Source: Podarcis liolepis (Eukaryota). Taken from it: DNA of 64,000 bases. The DNA lies in the NCBI GenBank assembly GCA_965112155.1, contig OZ218115.1. One strand, given 5' to 3'. A model generated the notes under the pieces. That model did not search any database, was not told the DNA's origin, and saw only the letters and a list, made by a program, of their open reading frames with translations. The translations under genes and the position numbers were made by a program. This document shows positions 51,416 through 64,000 of this stretch, piece after piece. Each line of letters opens with the position of its first letter. Within the stretch, counting starts at the first letter, position 1.

Positions 51416-51659
51416 CAGTGGTACCTTGGTTTTTATACGTCTTGGTTTGCATAAGTTTTGGATTACAAACACGTCAAACCCGGAAGTGCGTGTCCCAGTT
51501 TGCAACCTTTTTTTGTATTACAACCCATTGGGGGGGGGGATTAGGAACAATTATTTTTTGGGAGGCCCAATGGGCAAAAGCGCACCTTGGGTGACAACCT
51601 GTTTTGGTTTACAAAAGGACCTCCAGAACGGATTATGACTGTAAACCAAGGTACCACTG
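51416..51659. mobile_element. Tigger-like MITE
   Basis: TIR cagtggtaccttggttt / aaaccaaggtaccactg, TA flanks. Confidence 0.9.
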
Positions 51660-51869
51660 TATGTGAGTGTGACAGATCCCAGAGAGATTGGGTCACAGTG
51701 CCCTTTCCCTGAGCCTCCTGCTTCTGTGCTGCTGAGCTAAGACATGGCTTGGCTTACCATATCATTCTAACCCAGGCTGGGTTTGGGTTGAGATGACCTG
51801 CTGAGCCAAGCTATGACTTCATTTACAGCCACACAGCAAGGAGAAGAACAAAACAGTGACTGTCAGAGC

Positions 51870-52321
51870 TGTTAGAAACCGGCCCCCTCAGGAAAGGCAG
51901 ACTTCTCTTCCCAGGCACTGGGGCCTGTTGCCGGTGATCTGCCCTGGCTGGTCTTCGGTCAGACCAGGGAGATCTTCAATAAGCGACACCTCCCTCTTGA
52001 GAGATGCACACTCCCTTCCCCCTTGCATCTCAGTAGGAGAAAGAAAACAGTCCGAAAGTAGTCTTATTTCATTCTACTTTATTCCGGGACTGTACACTGT
52101 ACAAGAGCTTGCACAAAAGCATGTCTGCTCTGTCAGAAAGCTCCGAACATCTCACTGACTCCCCCTTTGCAACAACAACAGGAAGGTCTCAAGTTACACT
52201 GAGAACACATCCCTGAGAAGAGCGTTGAACATCCGGTCTCACACTCAGTCCCATCATAAGAATCACACAATGTAAACAATGAGCTGCTATTTCGCAGCTG
52301 CTGAGCACTCATATTACAACA
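51870..52321 (-). mobile_element. Solo LTR (452 bp)
   Basis: TGTT...AACA termini; perfect 5-bp TSD AGAGC at 51865-51869 and 52322-52326; AATAAA on the minus strand at 52078-52083. Confidence 0.85.
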
Positions 52322-53544
52322 AGAGCCCACACATTCAAACCAAGTCGTAGTTTGGTTTAGCATTGTGTGAGGACCACAACAGAACATAAAGAGAAAGGGT
52401 AATGTTAGAGTAGATATGGTTAAAGATATTTGCTTCAATGTTTTATGAGGGATATTGCCACCTCCACCTGCCATGGGCATTCGGGGATCAAGTGGTCAAC
52501 TGGAAAAAGCCAAAAACCTGTTATTCCCCAGCCTATGACTCCTATCATTCCTAACCCGTGGTCCTACTGGCTGCAGCTATAGGAACTTAAGTCCTTGAAC
52601 AACTGGAAGGCCCACAAGTTTCCAACCTCTGTTTTATTCCAAAGCTTTCCTAAATTAAAAGGCAAGCCAGTTAATAACATGGATTCCGCCCCCTCGCCGC
52701 AAGCATTCACAGCCTTAATCTCAGCTCAGTGTCTTTTTCTGCTGTATCTGCAAATAATACAACAACAATACAACACGGTAATTTCCTGTAGACCACACTA
52801 TACCTAATAGTAATCTAGAGTGGCAGTAGCACAATCTCAGCACATCTTCAATTTATATTGTAGACGTTGCCGAATAGCGTTAAAGTTAAATTAACATAAC
52901 ACTGACAAACTTCTCCAACACTGCAAAATATGCAGGACAAGCGATTAACAGCTTTGCTTTTAAAAAGAGACAATGACTTTGTAAAACATTGCATTAGTAA
53001 ATGAATAGATATAAGGGTAACTTAATTGCACATGCTAACATTCAGTTTTTGCTATGGAAATTGCTTTGATTGATTTATTTTTTGTAACAAAAAAACCCAG
53101 TCTGATGAAGAAAATGCCACACAAGGCATCTGCTGAGAGGAAAAGGTGTCAAGCAGTATAAATACAAAGAGGATATGATTAGGCAGGGATGCATCCAATG
53201 CAGTCAAGCAATTTGCTCCTTGCTTGCTCTACTGCGCCAAGGCAAGGATCCAAGTGGCAAACCACACAGCAATAAGGTAAGTTTGCACACACTCTTGTGT
53301 GTGATTTGAAGTTCCTCTAGTTAGATGGCAGAAAGCAGATGCATTTGTTTTGTGCTTTCCTTCCATGGTACCATGCTGCAGTGGTGACATACATTAGCTG
53401 GAGTAGTCAGCCCTCTGGGGGGCAGTTTTTTTAAAAAATAAAAATAAAAATCAAGGGCAAAACTGGTTCACATCAACAATGAATATAAGCAAATTCTGTG
53501 CTACCAATGAAACCAATGACTGCATATTTGAGCTGCTCAAAACT

Positions 53545-53791
53545 CGTCATACCTTGGATCTCAAATGCCTTGGCTCCCAAACAAATTGGCCCCCGAACGA
53601 TTGAAACCTGGAAGTGAGTGTTCTGGTTTTCGAATGTTCTTTTGGAAGCCGAACGTCCGACTTGGCTTCCATGGCTTCCGATTGGCTGCAGGAACTTCCT
53701 GTAGCCAATCGGAAGCTATGTTTTGGTTTCCCAACGTTTCAGAAGTCAAACAGACTTCTGGAACAGATTCCGTTCACTTCCAAGGTGCACT
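53545..53791. mobile_element. Degraded Tigger-like MITE
   Basis: gtcataccttgga ... tccaaggtgcactg ends; internal palindrome gcttccgattggctgcagga / tcctgtagccaatcggaagc. Confidence 0.7.
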
Positions 53792-54742
53792 GGGCTTTGC
53801 CCTTTGGACCCATCAAAGTTCAGCCTTTGATTCTGGTGAAATCTAGACACACATAAAAACTGCTGTGAAAATCTTTTTTTTTTTAAGCGTTTTGAAGAAT
53901 ATATTGAATTTGCTATTAAGATCACTATCACTATCTAGTGTCACATTTGTATAATGCACTTAAAACATTACATTTGCAGTTATATAGCTAAGTCCTCTAC
54001 CCCTGAGAACTCTACCTCAGTGTTTCATTCAGTTGTAATATTTTAATTGATTTGAATTATTTGCAAATGTAATCTTGGCTCTCAGCTCAGATTTTAGCTA
54101 AGTACTCAGAAAGAGAAGTGTGATCGCAGCTGCATCAGTGATGCACCCTTTTTTCAGTATGCTGGTGTAGAAAGTATATTACTGATCACTCCTTCAAAAT
54201 CATTAGCACTGATTATTTAAGGATCTTACTGGGAAGTATAAGCAATGCCCAACAGAGACAAATTTCAGGAGGATTTGTGGAAGAACATGAATAGATTTTT
54301 TTTAATAGAACAAAAGGCATACCAGCATAAGACATTTGAAATTTTGTTTTACAAATCTATTTTTTCTTCCCATTTGAACTATAGCTGTGGGATGCATAGT
54401 CCTTTCCAGAGTTTTAACACCACTGGGTGAACAGAATGTACCCTACTTCTTTGGTTTAAAAAGAGAAAGCGAGGGGGGGGGGAGAGAAAGAGAAAGAACA
54501 AGGAAAAGTTGTGAATGTCTCTGCTGCCCTTTGTGTTGAGCACCAAGTCAGCTCTCATGGGATCATAGCTCAATTCTTAAAAACAAAACATTTTTACAAC
54601 TGCAATTTCACATCTTTATATATGTCAACAGATGTGACAAGCATCAAAGCAACGTGTCTTTTTTGCATTATGTTTTTTGTCTAGCGTAAGTCAGGCTATC
54701 TAAATATATTTCAGGGCTTCTGGAAGACGATGGTTTGTGTAT

Positions 54743-54743
<1 letters not shown>

Positions 54744-54773
<30 letters not shown>
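54744..54773. repeat. (AC)n microsatellite
   Basis: Directly visible. Confidence 0.95.
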
Positions 54774-54775
<2 letters not shown>

Positions 54776-55289
54776 CCCTCTCTATCAGACAATTCAATGA
54801 GGGCAAACTTAAAGCTGGAGCTGGAAACAACATGACATAAGCCATTTTAAACAATGGCAATAAATCTTTTTTTTACATACGGTAACAAGATACACTAATT
54901 ATTTCAGTTTGATAAAAGCTCTTGTTGAGAAGTAGGTCATTGTTCAACATTTTGGGGCCAAACTAAATGTTGCACTAAATATATGGCTCTTGCTGAGAAC
55001 AGCAGAACTGCATTTTACTTCCCCCTCCCTCTTTTAACACTAGGTAAGACTTTCCACATTCTATGACATTCTGTGATTCCTTACCACCTCCAACCAGTGG
55101 CAGTGAATGCAGACACAACATGAAATCTACTTGATAGTGGAAAAGTAAACTCGTACTTGACATTTTAGGCAGCAGTTGTGTACTTAATGTAATGTCTAGT
55201 TTTACCCTGCAAGTCATAGTGGCATAACAACATATCTCCACCAGCCCCTTCATGCCAATCTTTGTTTTACTGAATTTTGTTTAAGCATG

Positions 55290-56068
55290 TTCTCCTTCAT
55301 GGAGAGCACATGTTGCAGTGGGGGCAAACAAGACATCCCTCTGTTGCTGGGAGGGTTAGCTTGGATGGCCACAAATCTTATTGGGCACCTTTTGGTCGGG
55401 GAGAATTTGATGTTGCAATTTATGATTGACATCCAAGGGGCTATTTACTCCCTGTGTGCAGTGTTGAACTGCCTCTTTTTGCTGCACGCATTGGATCACC
55501 CGCCCACCCGCCCTATAGTTAGGGCTGTTTGCGTTGACCTTGTTATGTCTGTCATGGGGTCATCTGCTTTGGGGCAGGGACCTGGTAGGAATTTTTCCAT
55601 TTGGCTGATTGGCCAGTGCCATTTGGTTTTTTTGCCTACTGCATAGCAAATCGTCACAACTTGTAAGGTTGTGGTTAGGCATTGGTTAAATTTGGTTGGT
55701 GGAGGGCGTGTGGTTGACTGTGCCTGCCCATCCAATGCTGCTGCTGCAAGGGTATTCTGTTATAGGAATCCAGGGGTTTGCCATGCCTTTGTCTGCACCC
55801 CTGTCAAGGGGCTAGGGCCATGCAAGAACCCCTGGGAGCATTTGGGGAAAGGTGAGGGTCTGGTACCCAGCTCCATTTACTCCCCAAAAATGTTTTCCCT
55901 TATTGACTTTCGCAGGCTTGCGGATGTCAGTTCTGTTCCTACCTCTAGGTGGGAAGAGATAGTCGCGAAGCAATGCCTAAGCAACCACTCATATTCTGTA
56001 ATCAATAAAGTTGTGGTCAAAACATTATGCCAAAAACCTGAAACAAAAATTCTGTATGCGTCATTTTA
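55290..56068 (+). mobile_element. LTR-like repeat copy B
   Basis: Aligns by eye over nearly its whole length to the reverse complement of copy C; AATAAA at 56004-56009. Confidence 0.75.
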
Positions 56069-57066
56069 ATTATCTCAGCATCACCCCTGATGTGATAGCT
56101 ATCTTTACTGAAGATTAAAACTGAGGATTAAGACAGAACTAACATTTTTAGAATCTACTCAGAGGTAACTTCTTAGCTTTTGTGTAAACTAGAAAAGGAT
56201 TCCATCTTCGAAGAAAATCAGAATAATATATTTAAAACAAGGAAACACATTTTTGGTACAATTCTCTTTCTTGAACTGTTGGCCCCAAACAATGATGTTT
56301 TGAAGAAAAGGAGAAGAAGGCATAATACCTCATTACGTGTGTCTGTTTCATACAGATAAAATAATACCATTTAAAAAATGAAACTGCCATCTGCTTCACT
56401 GCTGAGATTCTATAGAGCGGATTTTACTGCTTAAAACATTATGAGTATTTCCCCACATAGTCAGTCCTACTGAATAACTTAATCAGCTTAGCAGTTCTCT
56501 TTGCTCCTCTAACTCTGGGATTTTATAATGTGGTATCTATGCAATTTAATGAATAACACTTTCATCATACCACATTCTCAGCACATCTTTTGTAACAAGA
56601 TTAGATTACCTGACTTTTTACACATGTAAATTGCAACGGCTTAGGCTGCTGAAATTTCTTCACACGTTTTTCCTTCCACTGCTCATGCTAACACGTACAG
56701 CCCAGGTTCTCTTGTCTCGAGAGTGTACAGCACTCCGAAAGGAATCTCCCTTTAGATTCCATGATTTCCCTGTGAGGGGGGCAACTTGGATCTGTCTCAG
56801 AGAAGAAATGTGTAAAAAAAAAAACAACCCTCCAAAATAATCAACCAAGTCTTATAATTGTCAGAGGTAGTCAAACCAAGAAAACTTAAAGCTAGAATGC
56901 TAAGAACACAAAAAGAGCCCACTGGATTAAGCCAATGGCCCAACTAGTTCTTCTTTACCCAGTAGCCAATCAGATGCCTGTAGGAAAACCACAAGGAGGA
57001 TTTGAGCACAAGAGCATGCTCTTTCCCGTAGTTTCCAGCAACTGTGCAGGCAGAACATAGCCACCG

Positions 57067-57414
57067 TAAAAGTAAAAGGTAAAAGGTAAAGGACCCCAGG
57101 AAAGCTGAGTCCAGTCAAAGGTGACTATGGGGTTGTGGTGCTCATCTTGCTTTCAGGCCGTGGGAGTAAGGTTATGACTGAACCACTTCTGGTACACGGA
57201 GGACCGTGACAAGTGCCAGAGCACACGGAAGTGCTGTTTACCTTCCTGCCACAACGGTACCTATTTATCTACTTGCACTGGCATGCTTTCGAACTGCTAG
57301 ATTGGCAGGAGCTGGGAAAGAGCAACAGGAGCTCACTCCATCGCAGGGATTTGAACCGCCGACCAGAAAGCCCAAGAAGCTCAGCGGTTTAGACCATAGC
57401 ACCAGCCACATCCC
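57067..57414 (-). mobile_element. Sauria SINE, subfamily 3, with internal deletions
   Basis: TSD ATAGCCACC at 57057-57065 and 57416-57424. Confidence 0.9.
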
Positions 57415-57573
57415 TATAGCCACCATGACTAATAGCAATCCATTGCGGACCCAGTTGCCGTGACACCCACTGCCAACTGTGCTGAAGCCAGACAACACTG
57501 CTGGCTTTTATGCCTCGCCGGCTGTAAGAGCATGCATACGGCTAATGCCTGTCCAAGCTGGCGAGGCACCCCC

Positions 57574-58062
57574 TGTCAGGAGTTCAGCCTACACTTGAGT
57601 AGGACCCTGGCAGAGACACATGCCCAACTGGCATGTTCCCTCCCTCATGGTCAATCGTTCAGGAGCTTCAAAAGCTTTCTTCAGCCCGAACATCACAGTG
57701 ACTAATGCCAACCGACACCGGCACACTTAGAGATCCGCAGAGTTTGCACAGTTGCGTAACAGACCTCAGCAACTCAGCATTTTGGCTAATCTACTTTATT
57801 TACATATAAACACACACGGAGCACTGCAACATGGCTCCTCTCTCTCTAGCATCAGACAGCAAAGAGAAAGAGACAAAGGACAGTAGTCCCACTTTACAGA
57901 ACACGGTAACACGAACATCCTGTCTATTTGAGATGCAGCAGCCAGTGGGAACATGAGACAGATGCTCAGGAGGCCAGGGGGAATTTCCCCAATGACCATC
58001 CGACCATGTGCGCTCTGTTCCCACTGTGCAGGAATGGTGGCTGAGCATGAGAGGCCACAACA
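57574..58062 (-). mobile_element. Probable solo LTR
   Basis: TGT...ACA ends; AATAAA on the minus strand at 57795-57800; no TSD detected. Confidence 0.5.
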
Positions 58063-59184
58063 GGAACCCACCCAAGAAGGGGTAAGTGTCCATAGTCCTC
58101 TCCTCCATTAATTTGTCAAATCCTCTTTTAAAGCCATCTAGATTTGTGGCCATCACTAATGCCTGTGGGAGCGAGTTGCATAGCTGGGGAAAGTGGCCCC
58201 AGCTGCTATGAAACATGTCTCTTCCGTATTGGTCTCCACAGCAGGCACTGTAACCTTCCAGCAGTTTGACTTCACTCCCAAAGACACACTCCTCCACTGT
58301 CTCACAAGGCAGATGAATGCCAACTTAGTGAGCCCTTACCAGGCTTGGCTGGCTATTCAATAAATTGGATCCATGCTGGATTCAGGAATTAGAAGTGGGG
58401 CTCAGGCATACAGCCTCTCCACAAACTAGTAAGTAACACTACGTATCTTAGATTTGGCTGAATCCAAAGAGTATCCCTTGGGTTAGATTTGCCTTTACTA
58501 TGAAGCTGAGTATAAAATCTCTAATCTGCAATTCTTCATTGTATCCATTAAAATTATGGAATTAAATAGATTAAAAGAAATGTCCAAATAATTATCAGTG
58601 AGGCTGTTTTGTGAAGGAAATACTGTATGTAGATGCTTCCGTACACACAAAAGACGATGCCAAGGCTATAAAAATGCAATATATTCATAGATAATGATCC
58701 TTTGCCTTGTGGATTTCTCCAGAGTGCTGTATCTTTTCCTGTGTCAGAGAAAACCTGTATTGTTGGCTTGATGTAAAAAGTGCATAACAGCACATTAAGC
58801 ACTTCACTGATGTAAGGTTTCAATGCAGAACATAAATGTGGACAAGGTACTCTATACAACCTTGAGTAAAATGCTCAAGATAAGAAAACATTTCAACTTA
58901 CATATGCTGACAGGTTCAACAGAGCTAGAAGATATATTATATTTTAATGATTTGGTCCTAGAAACCAAAAAGGCTGTGCAAGAGAAGTGGAGTGGGGGAA
59001 AAGTCTGTTTTTGCTCAAAATTGTCCATTCCTTCATGTCCTTCTCCTTTCTGGGTTTTATAAAACAATTCTCTCTCAAAAGAGTGGGAATCATGGTGCTC
59101 TACACCATTTTGGGGGGAAATGGTATCATTTAAAGGGTATTAAACAAGGAGGTCAAAATATTCCAACACTGATAGGACTTATTA

Positions 59185-59455
59185 GGGCTCATCCACACAT
59201 TAATTTCTGCTGTAGGTCTGTGATTTGTAGGCACGGGTCTGAGTGAGCTTTTATTTTCTCCGGTCAATTCCCCTGGGAAACCCCTCTGTTTAATTGCAGA
59301 ATCAGAACAAATGACAATCTGCAGGTTTCAGTGGTAAACAGTGAGTTTTCCTGGGTAAAGCAGGGGGACAAAAACAAAAACCCCTTGCAACCATGGCTAC
59401 GAATCACAAATCTGTGCCTAGAAATCATGGTACAAATGGAAGGATGGATGAGCCC
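59185..59455. mobile_element. PIF/Harbinger-like MITE
   Basis: TIR GGGCTCATCCA / TGGATGAGCCC flanked by TTA and TTG. Confidence 0.65.
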
Positions 59456-62400
59456 TTGCAGGTAGTGTAATTATGAAAAATGTGTACATGTTGAAAATTC
59501 TAAAATCATCATCATCATTAATATCTTAGGGGGTGGGTAGGTTGTAATTTTCACATTTCCATTATATGATACCCTAGTGATGCATTCAGATGACACTTTA
59601 TTCAATTTTCCTGCTTTTCATGTACCTGATAATATGTGCATTTTATGTGGTCTGTTATACAACCTGAAAGCTACTTCTGGATATCTAGTGAAATCCAGCA
59701 AATGTTCAGCACTCCTTTCTGTGTTAACTGCTTCCAGGAAAAACAAAAACAAAACATGTTTGCAACCCCATCAATCCTAAAAAATCAGAGGATAAAATTT
59801 GGGTTGATGTTCTAGCAAATAGTTATTTCCCACTGTTTTCATGGATGAATTATGGGAGAGCAGAAGTGCCCATTTGCTTAAAGGGGTGGGGGTGGAAACA
59901 TGCCCAGGGATGTCTGCTGCTGTGTAAAACATTGCCGACTGGTGTGAATGAAATTTAGCATGATGTGGTAGTACAGTTCCACAATGCAATGGCTAACGCA
60001 GTGTAAAAGGAAGTTAGAAGCCAGGACAGAAGCGCTAGCATTATAATCCATGAAACTAACACACTAATCCCCATGTCAGAGTGCACAAAATAATGGATGT
60101 AATAGTCCTCAGATCTCCTCTGCACAAGTCCTTTGTTCAATCCAGGTTTACTCCAGTAGAAACCTTTTCTCATTCAAATAACTATTGACTCATCAGTGCT
60201 GCTGTTGCTGTTGCTGCTGCAAAATCTTGAAAATCTTGAAGTTTTTGAGCATAGGTTGCCATACGTATGGATTTTCCAGGACTTTAAAGCATTTCCTGCT
60301 GTTTCTGATGGCTGGTTATATCTGGGAAATTTCCTATACAGTGTATTGCAGAAATTGTTGGGTCTTTGGACCGTAATAAAGATTGATGATGATGATGTAT
60401 TGCAAAAAATGAAATGGTATATTTTCCTGTTAAATGTAATATATTCCTATTTTTTATTATTATTCCCAATGTATTCAGCATTAAAGGTTTTGAGGTTTAG
60501 TTTTTTTAAAAAAAGAAAAACACCCCCATTTGGGGAGAAGGATTGAATTTGACAAGTTGACATAGCATTTTATTGCCTTAACATTTTTCACAAAACTTAA
60601 GATTCGGCATCGTGCCGTAAAAGAGATAGGAGAATCAATGCAATACTTACACCAAATCAAATGAGATTTTCAAAGTTTATGAATTAATTTAGAATTCAAT
60701 GAACTACTTTTATCATACCAATGACTTGAGCAAGATTTTAAAAATAAATAAATAAACATAAACCATTGAACAGCTTACTATTCATGTCTTATATGCCAAG
60801 GCCCTACTATTAGCACATCCAAGTTAGCAATGGTCCCCTCCATGGAAATGCTGACTTTTTGGAGTTAGGAACTATTCAATGAAAACAAGGAAGAGGAAAG
60901 GTAGATTCGATTACTGGCCTTACGCAGTCAAATTCCGTATCCACAATAGAACCCTCTGAGCTTTCGCCTTTCTTAAAATAATTATTCATACCCTAATGTT
61001 ATTCCATAAAGCATGACATGAAATACAATAAACACAATAAGGAATAGTGAATGCTATTGAAGACATTATCATAAACAGCAGGCATGAATCTTTATAATAC
61101 TGTATATGCAAAAGCCTAGCAAAACAAACACAGAAATCAGTACCAGAATATTCACACTGAGAGACAATAGTTATACTGCAAAGGTGAATCACTGAGAAAT
61201 AATTTATTAACCTGCATTCCTTTGTTGCAAATAAAATTACTTTCAAAAAAGAAAACACCATCTCGGATTCATTGCCTGTAGTTTGTGAGTGAATGCATAT
61301 ATCACCCAAGTGATACGCTATATACTCTGCACAAAAAAGCAGTTAGACGTCTATCAATCACTCAAACATTTCCAGAGTTTAAATACAGAGGCCAAACTTA
61401 TAACTCCCTGGAAGGCTGTTTCAGAACCACTATCATGGGATATGCAAGGCTTGTGGAAGTGTATCTCATGCAATTTTGAAAAGTACAATCCTATTTGCAG
61501 AGCTTCCCTATGAATAATAAAAGCACCTCAAAGCAAAAGCTGACTTTCACAATGGGGCCACTTAAGCAGCAGGAAATTCTCCAGTAGTTGCACGTTTGCA
61601 TGCAGAACAGAGACTAATTTCAGTGCCACCACAGTAAAATATATGTTGTACCTGGTGGTATCAAGAGGTGACGTTCCAAGTCCTATTTTCCAGGTTCATA
61701 AATGTGTATATTGTAAATAAATATGCATTATGGTAGGGAAAATTAGCTCACCACCCTCAGGCCCACCCACTCTCCCTGCAAGATTAACACCGTTGTAATG
61801 GCATAATCTTTTGTTGTCTAGAATCCACTTTATCAAAGGCATAATGTATTATCATAACATCACATATCTCAAATCTACGAAAGCCACACAGAGGAGCCTT
61901 TAAAAGACAGCAATAGTGGAACTCATTTTCTAAGCAGAATTCCTCTTTTTCTACAATGACACACCATGCCGTATACACTACCTTACAAGGCTTGACTAAG
62001 ATACAAAATGTGCATTGCGCAATGAGCTTGCCCTCTGCGGCAGAAATTTCACCTTTTAAGGCTTAATTGTTTAAAAACGAAAACGAAATAAAGGACAGTA
62101 AGAACCAAGGGTCCAATTATCCATTCATTCATATAAAATAGATACACAAATATTTGCCCAGTTGTTTTGCTTATGTTGAAGAAAATGTATGACCTAATTA
62201 TGAGTGCTTTAATTATTGTTATTGTGCAGTGCTATTCCCCCTAAACACTATTTATAGAGTACCATAGATAAGGGAAGGGAAAATAGCTGGATTCGCTTCT
62301 AACTATAGCACTATTCTATCTGACAATAAGAAGTGGGGGGATATTCTTGAAAAGAGCATGGGATGTTGAGAATGCTGAACACCAATTCCTACTTCACATA

Positions 62401-62654
62401 ACTCATTTCAAAAGGTAAAATAGTGATAGGTTTTTAACAACAACAGAAGCAAAAGATGCAAATATAATTGGCCCTCAAACCAAAGGGATGACAGGTGTAA
62501 TATTGGCTGCTGAAAGCTTTATAAAAATGTCACTGGAGACTAAAGGGTGGACCACAAAAACTTTAGTTAATATTATGCAACACTTAGTATAAAAACACGG
62601 AAAACCTTAATAAAAACTGTGTGTTTTTTTTAAAAAAAAATCATCTCAAAATGG

Positions 62655-63520
62655 CTGCTTGCGCGTCGAGGTCCCCAAGACACCCCCCAAAGAAAAACAC
62701 AATTGACACTTAATTTTTGTTTAAGGTTTTTGGCATAATTTTGGCCACAACTTCATTCAAATTACAGCAATGTGAGTGGTTGCTTAGGCATTGGTAGCAC
62801 TAACTGACCCCGCATAGGGACAGCTCTGACATTTGCACCCCCTGTGAAGTCAGCAAGGGTAAGTCACCTGGGGAGAGAGACGGGACTGGGAACCATGCCT
62901 CACCTCTCCCCAAATGCTCCCAGGGGCTCTTCCGCGGCCCTAGCCCCTTGCCAGGGGGTTTCAGACAAAAGCATGGGGAGCCCCTGGGTTCCTTTAATGG
63001 AAAACCCTTGCAGCAGCAGCAACATTTTGGAGGGGCAGGCACAGCCGAATCCATACCCGTCCGCCAACCAATTCCCAGACCAATGCCTAACCGCAACCTT
63101 ACAAGTTGTGACAATTTGCTACGCAGTAGGCAAAAACCAAGTGGCACACACTAATCAGCCAAATGGACAAAATTCCTACCGGGCCCCTGCCCCAAAGCAG
63201 ACGACCCCATGACAGGCATAGCAAGGTCAAGCAAACAGCCTAAAATTAGGGAAGGGAGGGCGGGTGATCCGAAGCACGCAGCTAAAAGAGGAAGTTCGTT
63301 GCTGCGTGCATTGTATTTAACAAATAGGGCTGTCAATCAATAAATGGCAACATATAAATCTCCCCAATAACAGCCCGCCCCTGCTTACAGGATGGCCAAA
63401 CTCTTTTGCCCAGCAACAGTGAGGTATCTTGTCATCCCCAACCGCAACCCGTGCTCTCCATGAGGGAGAACACACTTTCCCAAGGTGTTCCCCAAACGTA
63501 GCTTCCTACACGCATTGAGT
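62655..63520 (-). mobile_element. LTR-like repeat copy C
   Basis: Inverse homologue of copy B; its 3' end ggggacctcgacgcgcaa resembles the copy A end ggggtctcgacactcaa. Confidence 0.75.
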
Positions 63521-64000
63521 GCCTGCTCTCTTTCTCTCTCCCTTTCTCCCCCCCCTCTCATAGAAGGTACTAGGATTTGCAGCTCATGCTTTATTCACTC
63601 TGCCTCTTAATGTAGTTACAAGCATCTACTTGCACAAAATCTTCTCTGAAGCTACGATGCACTTCATTGCTGCAAGTGTCATTTATCGTATCTTGAAGCA
63701 AGCCCTTTTCAGACATTAACGCTACGTTAAACGAGGGTGGAAGGAGCAGTATGACTCCGGCAGGTTTCCCCACTGACCTCAGCACGTTCAGAATGTAGGA
63801 AGAGTCTTGCGAGATCAGACCAAAGGCCTATCTTGTCTAAGGATAGGGAAGTTTTTCTCAACTGGCAGCGGCTAGATTTTTATCTGCTACATCCCTCACA
63901 AGTCAGGTTTGACAGGTGGGTGTAATTACCCATCTGCCAGTCATCTGAGCTACCAATGATCACAATGGGGATAGTTTTTACAGTATACGAAATGAATGAC

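Larger units (their letters stand above)
56900..58200 (-). mobile_element. Old CR1 3' fragment broken into pieces by later insertions
   Basis: taagaacacaaaaagagccc... (56900-57065), atgactaatagcaatccat (57425-57443), then agtcctctcctccattaatttgtcaaatcctcttttaaagccatc (from 58094; LDGFKRGFDKLMEER on the minus strand). Confidence 0.65.

Noticed and set aside
56610-56791. Minus-strand exon candidate (acceptor gagacag, donor CAG|gtaatc)
   Set aside because: The frames I translated hit stops before the donor and no peptide was recognisable; cannot be supported without transcripts
1-64000. A novel multi-gene or defence system
   Set aside because: No intact genes, operon-like structure or arrays are present; all coding similarity is to LINEs or the CNTN2 retrocopy

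Overview
This is non-coding eukaryotic DNA from a squamate reptile, most likely a lacertid lizard. The basis is Sauria SINEs, a Squam3-type SINE with a (CTT)n tail, BovB/RTE, CR1, L2 and L1 fragments, and many TA- and 8-bp-TSD MITEs. I find no intact protein-coding gene: the six-frame ORFs are chance ORFs or LINE fragments, so the window looks like a gene desert or a large intron. There is one 135-nt assembly gap. Highlights: (1) a decayed, intron-less internal retrocopy of contactin-2 (CNTN2/TAG-1; Ig5-Ig6-FN3) at ~41.2-41.9 kb, which the ORF track only partly shows; (2) five copies of an LTR-like, possibly Ngaro/DIRS-type, repeat that keep the same base-pairings despite strong sequence divergence; (3) two inverted BovB fragments sharing the same frameshifting deletion; (4) three Sauria SINE subfamilies with different 3' sequences but the same hairpin; (5) several nested insertions that give a relative TE chronology. 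I see no evidence of a new multi-gene system. Family names come from recalled consensus features, not from database searches.
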